DNA from: Octopus bimaculoides
Taxonomy: Eukaryota
Length of the DNA: 52,866 nucleotides
Assembly (NCBI RefSeq): GCF_001194135.2
Contig: NC_068983.1
Coordinates: forward strand, 144,041,995 to 144,094,860
Direction: 5' to 3'
A program made the position numbers and the translations under genes. Shown in pieces: positions 1-10,479 of the stretch (the stretch's first letter is position 1; every line of letters starts with the position of its first letter). The notes under the pieces are model-generated. The model saw only the letters and a program-made list of their open reading frames with translations. It had not been told where the DNA came from and ran no database searches.

Positions 1-185
1 TATATATAAACAATATATGAGTATATGCATATATGTACATGTATGTACATACCTTCATCTACATGTACATATAGATACATAACTGGGTACATGACGTGGC
101 AAAAGAACATGGACAAAATGATAAACAAGGTACAACAAACAAGCAAGCCACATAGAAACATCTCCTTCATCAGCCGCCACCATTA
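1..185 (-). mobile_element. possible PLE-type terminal-repeat fragment carrying only the 5' half of a hammerhead core
   Basis: Minus strand reads ggcgg-CTGATGA-AGG at 173-167, followed by pyrimidine-rich sequence running off the window start. No GAAA half is visible inside the window. Confidence 0.3.
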
Positions 186-464
186 AAACACCGGCGAGAG
201 AGAGAGAGTGTGTGTGTGTGAGAGAGGAATCTTTGCATAGGAAAAGAACCCTTTATTAACTGTTGTTTTTTTTATAGAATACTTAGAAATTGAAAGATAT
301 TGAGTAGTTTTGATTAATTTTCGGGAGAACAAATTGAAAATGGCAGATGTTTTGGTAAGGAATTCTGTCTTCCTTGAAAATAAGAAAGAAGTCATAAGGA
401 AAGTAGGAAGCATGATCGATTTTCAAATCTCTTGCAATGAAAACTAATAGACAAGACAGGTTTG

Positions 465-720
465 CATGTATGTATGTATGTATGTATGTATGTACCCATG
501 TGCGTACATATGTATGTGTGTGTGAGTATGCTTATAAGTACGTATCTATCTATCTACCTATCTATTTATCTATATACACATATACACGCATATATATATA
601 TATATGTACATATATGCGTACATATATGTATATATATATACACATACCTATATACATATGTACACATGCATACAAACACACACACACACACGCACATATA
701 CAAGTATATATATATGCATA
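465..720. repeat. compound microsatellite (TATG, TATC, TA, CA)
   Basis: Direct reading; explains the overlapping low-complexity ORFs at 437-928. Confidence 0.95.
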
Positions 721-1163
721 TGGTGAAGAATAAGGGATAATGAAAGTATAGAAACAAAGACATGCAAAAGAAAGAAGTGACGAAAGATAAACAGACAAAC
801 AGATAGTTAGATAAATAGATAGAGAGGAGAAAGGGAGAACGCTCAAAGAAGTGTGTAATTAAAACAGATAATAATGATAAAAAATAATGATAAAATAATA
901 ATAATATGAAAGAAAATAAAAGTAACAATTATACTGGTAAGGATGGAGTTATTTAATTTTTGTACCTTTTCTTCTGACTAAGCAGCTATGATGAATTGAA
1001 TGAAGTTGAAAATGATTGAAGACAATTTTAAGGGACAAAGATTGTTTTATGCTGACATGGAACAGTGATGTACGTTAGATGTGATTAGTTCCAACAGATT
1101 CATCACTGTCTCACATTCTCTCTCCCACTCTCCTCTTTCTCTTCATGTGCCTGTCTGCCTGCC

Positions 1164-1165
<2 letters not shown>

Positions 1166-1230
<65 letters not shown>
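1166..1230. repeat. (TATC)n microsatellite
   Basis: Direct reading. Confidence 0.95.
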
Positions 1231-1231
<1 letters not shown>

Positions 1232-1244
1232 ACACAATACATAT

Positions 1245-1626
1245 ATGCTTCCTAGAAATTTAGATCCTCCAAAATTCTGCAGCGGAGTAAGACTAATTGT
1301 GAAGTAAATGATGCCACATATTATAGAAGCGACTCTACTCTTGAGATGTGATAATATATTCATTACTAGAATTTCATTAATATATACTGATTTACCAGTA
1401 AAATTTAAAAGAGTACGATTTCCAATTATACTAAGTTTTGCAATATCCATCAACAAATCGCAAGGACAGGCATTATCAGTAAATGGTTTGGGATTACAGG
1501 TGCCTTGCTTCTCTCATGGACAATTGTATGTTGGATGTTCACATGTTGGAGGTTCAAAAAATCTGTTTTAATTATACTCCACTGGGAAAAACTCCTCATG
1601 TTGTTTATAAAGAAGATTTATCATAG
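1245..1626 (+). pseudogene. Helitron RepHel PIF1-like helicase C-terminal fragment, disrupted
   Basis: Translation MLPRNLDPPKFCSGVRL-IVK*-MMPHIIEAT...FKRVRFPIILSFAISINKSQGQAL...CFSHGQLYVGCSHVG...KTPHVVYKEDL matches the Helitron/PIF1 motifs LRNLDPPKLCNGTRL, FPxRLxFAMxINKSQGQ and FSHGQLYVxxSRV. Contains stops and a frameshift. Confidence 0.92.
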
Positions 1627-1795
1627 CTTGCTTTTATGTGTTTTCTATTTCAATTATTATTGTTCTTATGCTAGTAATTATTTTTTATGCCAGTAATGTT
1701 AGGACCACTAATCAAAATAATTACTAAGAAGAAAACACATAAATCAAATTTTGAATGAAATTTCATTATCTTTCATTGAATGAAATATCATTATC

Positions 1796-3727
1796 AGGCG
1801 CAGGGGTGACTGGGTGGTAAGAAGCTTGCTTCCGGTATAGCGTTTGTCAGTGGAATTGTTGGTTTTGCGAGTAAAACGTGTTTTTTTTGCTGTCTTAGCG
1901 GTGCGACGTTTTCCCTATTGTTTAATGGAGGGGCGTCGGGTGAGGAGTTGCGAAAATTCAAATTCTTCTTCTTCAAACTTTGTGAATTATCCTTCTTCAG
2001 ACTTTGTGTCATCTGAGGAAGAAATGGTGGAGTGTTTGAAGAGGATAGATGAAGTGATGGAGACGAAAAATTATGCAGAGGTGACGAAGGAAAGAAGCAA
2101 AGACGTGAGGCTGGAGGATATAAGCAAATTCAAGGAAATGATTAAAAGGGAAGGGAACGAAGTGAAGGTGTCCCCCCCACCCACCAAAGAAAAAAAAAAT
2201 GAGAAAACCATAATTTACAGAACATACTCTGTAGCAGTCTGGAAGATTGAAGTCATGGTGACGGATCAAATAGAAAAGGCTCTTAAACCAATCTGGCAAG
2301 GAATTTCCTATCTAGCCAGAGGGAAAAAATTTGAAACATTGGAGGTGCGATTTCGGGAGGTAGTTGAGAACTGATGAAGGGGTGCTTCTACCCGAATACC
2401 TTGGCAGACATGCTTCCGGTGTTAGGGTAGAAGACATACCTCCAGCAGTGGATGTAGCCTGGCTGGAAGCTGCCATACTGCTAGGCATGGAAGAGAAGGT
2501 GGTGGTCCTCCAGGCCACCAGAACACCCTACAGGAACTGGCAAGGACAAAGCCTCGATATGGTGGCACATGTTGCCGTGGAAGATATCGAAAATATGGGA
2601 GAGACAATTACGGTCGGAGACGAAACAGAGTGGGATGGAGGATTTCAGGGTGCTAGAAATGTGGCCTAAAAGGCCACATTAGAGCGGATTGTCCTCCACC
2701 ACTTGTGAAGGATAAGGAGAGACAAGAGAATGAGAAAGTGGTTGGTGCTCCACTACCCGTGGAGGTTTAGGAAAAGGAAAGTGAAGCGGCACCACAAAGA
2801 CCAGTACCAGCGTCGAAGAAGAGATGGACAATGAATGGGAAACAGCTGGGAAAAAGAGAAGAAAGAGAAAAAAGGCACACGCTGTAAAGGATGACTCTCA
2901 TCCCACACCCATCCAGCTATCACCCACACCCACCCAATTCCCACTCATACCCATTCTTCCCCAACCACTCCCTACAGCTCTCTCCATGCCCTACCTGATA
3001 TAAACGCAAGCACAAACACACAGGAGCCCCAAATTTTCCCAAATATGTTATAGTGTACAGTAGAGACAATGAAGAAGTGTATACCAAAATAGACTCGTGG
3101 GACAGAATTATAAAAGTGGATGTATCAGGCGTGAAGGGGATGCCCGAGTACCTTCGTTGTGTAGTGGCAGACCCAGAATATGTATCAAGGTTAAAGGAAT
3201 ATGAGGCAAACCATGACTATGAGTACTGGGTCAAGAAATTGGACACCAGCTTAATGCCTAAGCAAGTAAGTTTTTATAATAATTTAAAGAAACACAATGT
3301 AAACAGCCTTCGGAGGAATGGTAATTAGCTGTTGCTAATAATTGTGTTATAAACTAGGTTGAAAAAAACAAAAACGTTGTATTAACAGGTTCAATGAAGT
3401 CGCTCGGAGGTGGGGCCGAACGGCTTCATTTCATCTTTCATTATGTTTAATTCATCCTTTCCATTCGTTCTGTTTTATAGTCTCTACCTTGTGCTGTTAC
3501 CTCTATGTACGGCTTTCATAGCCAATATCATAAAATAAAGAAGCTTGCTTCCCAACCTCATGGTCCCGGGTTCAGTCCCACTGCGTGGCACATTGGGTAA
3601 ATGTCTTTTACTATAGCCTCTGGCAATAAGTGCTAGAATAAGACCTGGGGTTGATTTGTTCGACTAAAGGCGGTGCTCTAGCATGGGCACAGTCAAGTGA
3701 CTGAAAGAACTAATAGAAATAAAAGAA
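1796..3727 (+). mobile_element. tRNA-derived SINE family B, split by an insertion (1796-1833 plus 3538-3727)
   Basis: Head aggcgcaggggtgactgggtggtaagaagcttgcttcc resumes at 3553 as caacctcatggtcccgggttcagtcccactgcgtggcac (B-box-like GGTTCAGTCCC). Colinear with the uninterrupted copy at 51170-50835 (minus). Confidence 0.85.
1834..3537 (+). mobile_element. non-autonomous non-LTR retroelement with a gag-like ORF1 only (CCHC knuckle; probably Tx1/L1-related), decayed
   Basis: Perfect 15-bp TSD AAGAAGCTTGCTTCC at 1819-1833 and 3538-3552. Frameshifted ORF pieces 1844-2374, 2364-2669 and 3053-3328. CX2CX4HX4C knuckle C*KCGLKGHIRADC at 2651-2692, then basic EWETAGKKRRKRKK and a Pro-rich linker. A-rich 3' end. 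No RT or endonuclease motifs seen. Confidence 0.75.
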
Positions 3728-3741
3728 GCAAAATCTTTAAT

Positions 3742-3768
3742 ACGGGCAGCGCCGGTTACTTCTGCTAG
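3742..3768 (+). mobile_element. Helitron 3' terminus (short GC-rich hairpin then CTAG)
   Basis: acgggcagcgccggt imperfect hairpin, then CTAG at 3765-3768 followed by T. This is the canonical Helitron 3' end, on the same strand as the helicase fragment. Confidence 0.65.
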
Positions 3769-3769
<1 letters not shown>

Positions 3770-3802
<33 letters not shown>

Positions 3803-3844
3803 CAAATTAATATACTTGTGTGTGTGTCCATGTGTGTGTGTTTA

Positions 3845-3890
<46 letters not shown>

Positions 3891-3901
3891 CAAGTCAATA
3901 T

Positions 3902-3945
<44 letters not shown>
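3770..3945. repeat. (TATC)n and (TG)n microsatellites
   Basis: Direct reading. Confidence 0.9.
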
Positions 3946-3946
<1 letters not shown>

Positions 3947-4769
3947 CGTGCGCATGTACATCAGAATGTGTTGATGCACTGACATTGCGTGAAAACTTGC
4001 AAGCATCGGATTTGCTTTCATCTATATTTAGGTACACACATATAGGAATATGCATGCATATATTCTTACAGCTATTCGTGAATTTTGTATGGTAGAAAAA
4101 CTTATATTTTTTCATTATTAAATCCGAAAGATATAAGTTTATTTTAATATATGAGCTCTGCTAATACTGAAGATGACAAAAATGACCTTTGCAGTGATAT
4201 TATTAATACTGTGACATTTTATTTAGGTGCCCTGACACAGGCATGTGCTTAACAGTTCCGCTTCTCGAATATGTTAAGAAATGTTCTGCTACCATAACCC
4301 AGCGGTAACAAAGATTTATAAGTAAAATTTATTCGACAGAATGTTTGTGGAAACCCGTCAGAGCGAATGCTTACTTCCAACAAATTCGTCTGTTATTTTT
4401 GTGGTAGATTTAATTTTCCCTGGTTAGTCATCACCACTAAAAAAATTGGATGTCTTTTAATTGAGTTCACTCAGTCGCAAGCATAGGTGAGATGTATGTC
4501 TCTGATCGGAGGATAACTTCCTTTCTCATGAAACTCGAAGGCTACAAATGGCCACAGCTGTTACTCTCCCTTATTTGATTTGACCATTGAAAAAAAATAT
4601 ATATATATAATCAACGCATATTGTGACGTTCATGCTTTTATGACTTCTATCACTAGCATTAGTGAAATAAAATCTCATTAACCAAGAGTTTTAGCCATTT
4701 CATATTAGGCGCACTGTTAGCATATTTGTTTTCATATACAACAGTGTAGTTATTAAAATTGAGTTTTAC

Positions 4770-4953
4770 TGTGATGATGGATTGGTAGAATCGTGAGAGG
4801 TGTGGTATTTAGTTAAATTCTGTCGGACTTAATCTTGCCTTTCATCCTTCTGGGGTAGGTAAAATGAATACTGAGAGTAGGGTGTGCAAAAAGATTTAAT
4901 GAACTTACCCCCAACGTCTGAAATTTGTAGCCTTGTGCTTATGTCAGAAATAA
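4770..4953 (+). mobile_element. old diverged SINE related to family A
   Basis: ggtagaatcgt...cttgcctttcatccttctggggt...gaaatttgtagccttgtg aligns by eye to the family A body. Confidence 0.55.
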
Positions 4954-5194
4954 ATACTGAGTTTTAACAAACCTCTCAGTTTTTGTGATTGATATTGGCG
5001 ATTAGATTCACTTTAATCCTGAACTGATATTCCCCTTTCTTAAAGATCTCGAAAGAACAAAAGACTAAGTTATATCTTGGTGAGAGTCGATCTCAGAACG
5101 AAAGCATTAAGGAGCTAAATACTTCCAGGTATGTTATTCGTCACTCTACCAATTCCATCAATTCTCTGTCTTTGAGTGAAAATTTTAATATTCT

Positions 5195-5386
5195 TTTCTT
5201 ACTTCGGGACAAGGTCAGCACTTTTGAGGAGTTGGGTAGTCGATTACAATTGGTGCTTATTTTATCGGCCCCGAAAGGATGAAAGTCAAAGTCGAGCTCG
5301 GTGAAATTTGAACTCAGAACATGAAGACAGGTAAAATATTGTCAAGCATTTGTCTGACATGCTGACGACTTTGCCAGCTAACCGCC
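5195..5386 (-). mobile_element. tRNA-derived SINE family A
   Basis: Minus strand ggcggttagctggcaaagtcgtcagc...tgagttcaaatttcaccgagctcgactttgactttcatcctttcgggg. Confidence 0.85.
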
Positions 5387-5420
5387 TTAAGGCATTTTTA
5401 ATATTAAAAATATCACTATT

Positions 5421-5605
5421 GGGTGAGCTGGCAGAATCGTTAGCATACCGGGTAAACTGCTTAAGAGCATTGCGTTCGTCTTTATGTTCTGAGTTCAAAT
5501 TCCGCCGGGACGGTCTTTATCTTTCATCCCTTTTGGGAATGCACACTATGTAATTGACCTACTCTCTCTCCGAAATTGCTAGACTCGTCCCAAAATTTGA
5601 AACCA
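5421..5605 (+). mobile_element. tRNA-derived SINE family A
   Basis: ggtgagctggcagaatcgttagc...gagttcaaattccgcc, with A- and B-box-like segments. Confidence 0.85.
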
Positions 5606-5609
5606 ATAT

Positions 5610-5826
5610 TCTTTTCTTTTTTACTATAGGTACAAAGCCTAAAATTTGAGGGAGGTGGATAGTAGATTTCATTGACCCCCTTGCGTAACTGGTACTTATT
5701 TCATCGACCCCGAAAGGATGAAAGGCAAAGTCGACCTTGACGGAATTTGAATTCAGAACGTAGCGACGGGTGAAATTCCTCTAAGCATTTCGTCCAGCAT
5801 GCTAACAATTCTGCCAGCTCGCCGCC
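5610..5826 (-). mobile_element. tRNA-derived SINE family A
   Basis: Minus strand ggcggcgagctggcagaattgttagc...gaattcaaattccgtcaaggtcgactttgcctttcatcctttcggggtcgat. Confidence 0.9.
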
Positions 5827-5859
5827 TTTTTTGAAACCGATATTAAAAACGGTTCAAGG

Positions 5860-6150
5860 TTAGTTGATTGGTAGAGCAGGAAGAGTGCTGAATGAAATTG
5901 CTTGTGATATTAAGATTCATCTCTAGGTCCTGAGCTCGAATCTCGCACAGTTGATTTTCATCCTCATTGTAGACAAAAAATTAATTATGAATGAAAGCTG
6001 GGGTAGTTTTAATCAAACATTCCCTCTTCTCAAATTAGAGGCATTGTACATGCTAAAAATTAATATTAAATGTCCTACGGTATTTAGTTATGGCTCCTTA
6101 ATTTCAGAATTCGAATCCCATCTAGGTTAACTTTGTCCATTTACAACATT
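5860..6150 (+). mobile_element. highly diverged SINE remnants
   Basis: ggtagagcagg...gagctcgaatctc and gaattcgaatccc B-box-like segments at SINE-like spacing. Confidence 0.4.
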
Positions 6151-6864
6151 CCCTCTACAATGAAAGATTTACCATAATTAAATCCATAATTAAAACGACG
6201 ATTGAATGCTTTAATAAACACAATTTATGAGAGGCAGCAGTTGTTTATTTGCACTTGAAAAATAGCTTATATTAAAACATTCCACGGAATATGCAATTTT
6301 ATAAGACAGAGTGATATGCAGATAAGAATTTCGAAATTCTTTATCGCTATAGCCTCCTATATCATAAAATAAGAAACACTCGAGAATGTATGGTTTGTCT
6401 TCCGTATTTTTCTCAGAAGTTTAATAATAAATAATCAATATATACGCACGTAACATATGTGCAAAGATAACCGTATAAGAATTATACATAGAGAGGTGCG
6501 TACGTATTCAAATATGCACGAACACATATACATCCGAAAAGTCTCACTTGTACATACAGGTACACATGCATTCAGCCATATATATGTTGACGCATTTACA
6601 GTTAAAAATCAAATACAAAAACGATCAATCTACTGGATAATAATTTACCATCTTCTACAGTTAGGTCAAACAATGATCCTGCTCACAAAGGCTTTTCATA
6701 AATATGATATCTTATTATTTCAGCTTCTAAACTTGATCCTCAGAACTAAGATAAAAATGTAGAGTAACAGAATTAAACTCTGCATTATGACGAAACTAAC
6801 AGAACGCTCTTGATTATAGGTTCCCTTAACAGTTGTAATGTAAAGAAAGATGTTTTTCTATTTA

Positions 6865-6997
6865 TGGCTTCAAATTTTGGCACAAGGCCAACTAATTTTT
6901 GGGACCGGGCATAGTAGATTATATCGACTCAACAGTCGTCAACTGTTACTTATTGTATCGACCCCGAATGATAAGACATAGTCGAATTCGGTGAAAT
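6865..6997 (-). mobile_element. SINE family A, 3' part only (head missing)
   Basis: tatcgacccc...gtcgaattcggtgaaat matches the family A body and ends where the PLE begins. Confidence 0.7.
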
Positions 6998-8840
6998 CAT
7001 AGCTATGGCTGACCGGAAGTTAGAAATTTTACACAGGAGAGCTAAGAAAAGGGGGAGATAACAAAAGGGGGAGAAAGAATGGTGATCGAAGAACGAGGGC
7101 TGTGTGTGTGAGAGATAGAATGCTGGTGATCTTGACGTATGCATGTGTGAAAATGGGGAGAGGAGAAAGGAGTTGGTCAGTTGTATTGTGTGCGTGGTGT
7201 GATGTGAGGGTGTTGGGAGGTGGGGAAGGCATGGGTGGAGTGTGGGTTAGGCTNNNNNNNNNNNNNNNNNNNNNNNNNNNNNNNNNNNNNNNNNNNNNNN
7301 NNNNNNNNNNNNNNNNNNNNNNNNNNNNNNNNNNNNNNNNNNNNNNNNNNNNNNNNNNNNNNNNNNNNNNNNNNNNNNNNNNNNNNNNNNNNNNNNNNNG
7401 TGTTGGGGTGGGGTGGGATGAGCTTATGAGGGGGGGTTGACGATGAAGGGGGAAGGGGAAGGTGGATGTAAGAGAGGGGGAAGTGGGTATGGGAGGGGGA
7501 GAAAGAGAGGAAGAGAAAGAGAGTGAGAGAGAAAAGAGTGAGAGTGAGAGAGAAAAGAGTGAGAGTGAGAGAGAGGGAAAGAGAGAAGAGAGTAAGGGTG
7601 AGAGAGTAAGAGAGTAAGAGTGAGAGAGGGGAGAGTAAGAGAGAAGAGAGTGAGAGAGAGTAAGATAGAGGAGAGAAAGAGTAGGGGTCCGGATGGCCCT
7701 GTGCATGGACAATCCAAACACGGACGGGTGTTGCTGCAAGGAGTGACCGGCAGAACGGAAATGGCGTGACACCGGGGTGTCATTGCCAACGTTGATGTCT
7801 CGGAGGTGTTCCGCGAATCGGTCGGCCAGACGGTGCTCCGTTTGTCCGATGTACAGAGAATGGCAGAGAGCAGGAGATACAATAGATAATGTTAGTGGAA
7901 GTGCAGGTGACGGAGTCGGTGATGCGATAGAGTCAGTGATGGGTGCTGGTGAGGAGGGTGGTGTTGGAGAGGTAAGGGCAAGTGCGGCAGCGTGGGCGAG
8001 AGCAAGGGAAAGAGCCAGGTTGGGAGGTTGGGTTGGGGAAGAAGCTATGGACCAAGAGGTCTCGTAGGTTATGGGCTCGTTTGAAGGAGGGGAGGGGTCG
8101 ATTAGGGAAGATGTGGGANNNNNNNNNNNNNNNNNNNNNNNNNNNNNNNNNNNNNNNNNNNNNNNNNNNNNNNNNNNNNNNNNNNNNNNNNNNNNNNNNN
8201 NNNNNNNNNNNNNNNNNNNNNNNNNNNNNNNNNNNNNNNNNNNNNNNNNNNNNNNNNNNNNNNNNNNNNNNNNNNNNNNNNNNNNNNNNNNNNNNNNNNN
8301 NNNNNNNNNNNNNNNNNNNNNNNNNNNNNNNNNNNNNNNNNNNNNNNNNNNNNNNNNNNNNNNNNNNNNNNNNNNNNNNNNNNNNNNNNNNNNNNNNNNN
8401 NNNNNNNNNNNNNNNNNNNNNNNNNNNNNNNNNNNNNNNNNNNNNNNNNNNNNNNNNNNNNNNNNNNNNNNNNNNNNNNNNNNNNNNNNNNNNNNNNNNN
8501 NNNNNNNNNNNNNNNNNNNNNNNNNNNNNNNNNNNNNNNNNNNNNNNNNNNNNNNNNNNNNNNNNNNNNNNNNNNNNNNNNNNNNNNNNNNNNNGGGGGG
8601 AGAGAGCAGATGCACGGTCCACAGAACGTGCTCTGGCAAGGGCGGTGTGGATGGTGGTGGGTGGATATCCACGCAGGCTAAAGTGGCGAGCCATGAGTTG
8701 AGACTGAGTCTCAAAGTCATGGCTGTCACTACAAAGTCTGCGTAGACGGAGGAATTGGGAATAGGGGATGGAAAGTTTTGTGTGTTTAGGGTGGGAGGAG
8801 GAGAAGTTGAGATAGGAGTGTGAGTCTGTGTTTGTAGCGG
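6998..8840 (-). mobile_element. 5'-truncated Penelope-like element (RT thumb, Cys-rich linker, GIY-YIG endonuclease)
   Basis: Minus-strand frames give TDSHSYLNFSSSHPKHTKLSIPYSQFLRLRRLCS...MARHFSLRGYP (RT thumb), FKRAHNLRDLLVHS...FPCSRPRCRTCP, and LYIGQTEHRLADRFAEHLRDI...PVSRHF (second half of GIY-YIG). Interrupted by N gaps and a GA-rich tract. Confidence 0.9.
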
Positions 8841-9302
8841 ATTATATATATATATATATATATAAAGTCATTAAACCGAAGTCATGACTTCAGTTTAATG
8901 ACTGAAACAAGTAAAAGATATTATATATATGTGCATATATTTATACATATACATGTATGTATGCATGTATATATGCACGTGCGAAATTTAGGTTAGTTAA
9001 AATTTATGACATATTTCAACATCTAAAAGCAAATTCACCGTGGTTACGGTGGAAAAAATCTTTTACGGTAAAAAGTGTAAAAGATTATATCTGCCCAGTG
9101 CTGCCCCCTGTCAGATTTCTAGGCGCGTTTCTAGCTCTTCAGTTGTTATCAATGGTAAATACTGAAGGGAGGTAACACTGGAGAGACTTAATTATATCCA
9201 GAGCTTTAACTAAAACACACTCAACAGCATCGATTGAGTTGCACCGGGTCAGAAAAATAACACCATGGCACTGATACTGCTGCAATTTTTTCACCCCTCC
9301 CA

Positions 9303-9683
9303 CTATCGGAGACAAATAGGGAAAATGTGAAGGGTATAGATTAATGAAACGATGACATAGAGGACAGGAGAAAAGGAATAAATAAATGAAGAAAAAGTTG
9401 AAAAAATTAAAAAGAAGCATAAATGTTCACATCTCAACTTTCCGATAGTGTAGATGTTAGTCCATAAGTCCTTAAGAGCAATCCCGTGTAAATCCATGTA
9501 TGGTTATAGCCTTAATAGTGTAAAACAGTGCAAATATCCACAAATTTTATGCTTTCATTTCTTTATTCCTTTTCCCCTGTCCTCTATGTAATTTCATTAA
9601 CCTATACCCTTCATATTTTCCCTATTTGTCTCCTATGACGGAATATCCCATACTTTAGGATATCCCAGAAACAGCTGTAAGAC
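9303..9683. mobile_element. inverted pair of about 85-bp terminal-repeat arms, the right arm running into a degenerate hammerhead
   Basis: 9303-9390 is the near reverse complement of 9553-9638. 9628-9683 reads gtct-CCTATGA-CGGAATATCC-catacttta-GGATATCCCA-GAAAC-AGCT-GTA-agac. Confidence 0.7.
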
Positions 9684-10240
9684 TTTGAATTTTTCCAATA
9701 ATAATAACGTATATGATTTCAGATGTTGTTTGTCTTGCCTTAACGTTTGTTGTCCTCTTTAACAATTATATATATTAGGCACGTGCCGTCAGTAATTACT
9801 CAGGGTAGGCAGTTAGTAACCTTTATGTAGTAAAACACACAAAAATAAGCGAAACACGGGCTCGCGACTGAGTTTTAGGCAGATCTAGTTCTGCGTTTAT
9901 AACACTTAAAGAAAACGGTGTTGTAGAAATGTATGCAGCACGTGTACTACAGCAGTACTATCCATAGCTTAAATACTGAGATTGAAAAGCAGAGGCGAAT
10001 TATTCCTACCTAATCTGTTATTTTTCAGTTTTATTTCAAGATTTCTTGCCATTAGAGAAAGAGGCGGTTTTTAATCTAGAGCCAAGGTTCCTTCAGTGGA
10101 ATTTCAACACCAACAGGGCATTTTGCAAGTATGTATGATTAGTATTATGCAGATTAGTATTTTTGTTTTATGTATGTCTTCTCGTGCATATACTTGCATA
10201 TCTAGACGTACTCATATATACTGAGATGATAAACTTCTTA

Positions 10241-10469
10241 TTTCTTTATTGCCCACAAGGAGCTAAACATTGAGGGATCAAACAAGGACAGACAAAGGGA
10301 TTAAGTCGATTACATCGACCACAGTGCGTCACTGGTACTTAATTTATCGACCCCGAAAGGATGAAAGGCAAAGTCGACCTCGACGGAATTTGAACTCAGA
10401 ATGTAACAGCAGACGAAATACCGCTAAGCATTTCGCCCGGCGTGCTAACGTTTCTGCCAGCTCGCCGCC
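10241..10469 (-). mobile_element. tRNA-derived SINE family A, near full length
   Basis: Minus strand ggcggcgagctggcagaaacgttagcacgccgggcgaaatgcttagcgg...gagttcaaattccgtcgaggtcgactttgcctttcatcctttcggggtcgataaattaagtaccag. Confidence 0.92.
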
Positions 10470-10479
10470 TTTGATAAAC

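Noticed and set aside
9113-9142. Minus-strand CTGAAGA-GCTA-GAAAC-GCGC-CTA hammerhead-like string
   Set aside because: No stem II can form from GCTA, position 16.2 mismatches, and stem I does not pair. Worth revisiting only if a family consensus repairs it.
10400-10469. SINE heads as tRNA genes
   Set aside because: A/B-box-like motifs are present, but there is no acceptor stem or cloverleaf and each head continues into a shared non-tRNA body.
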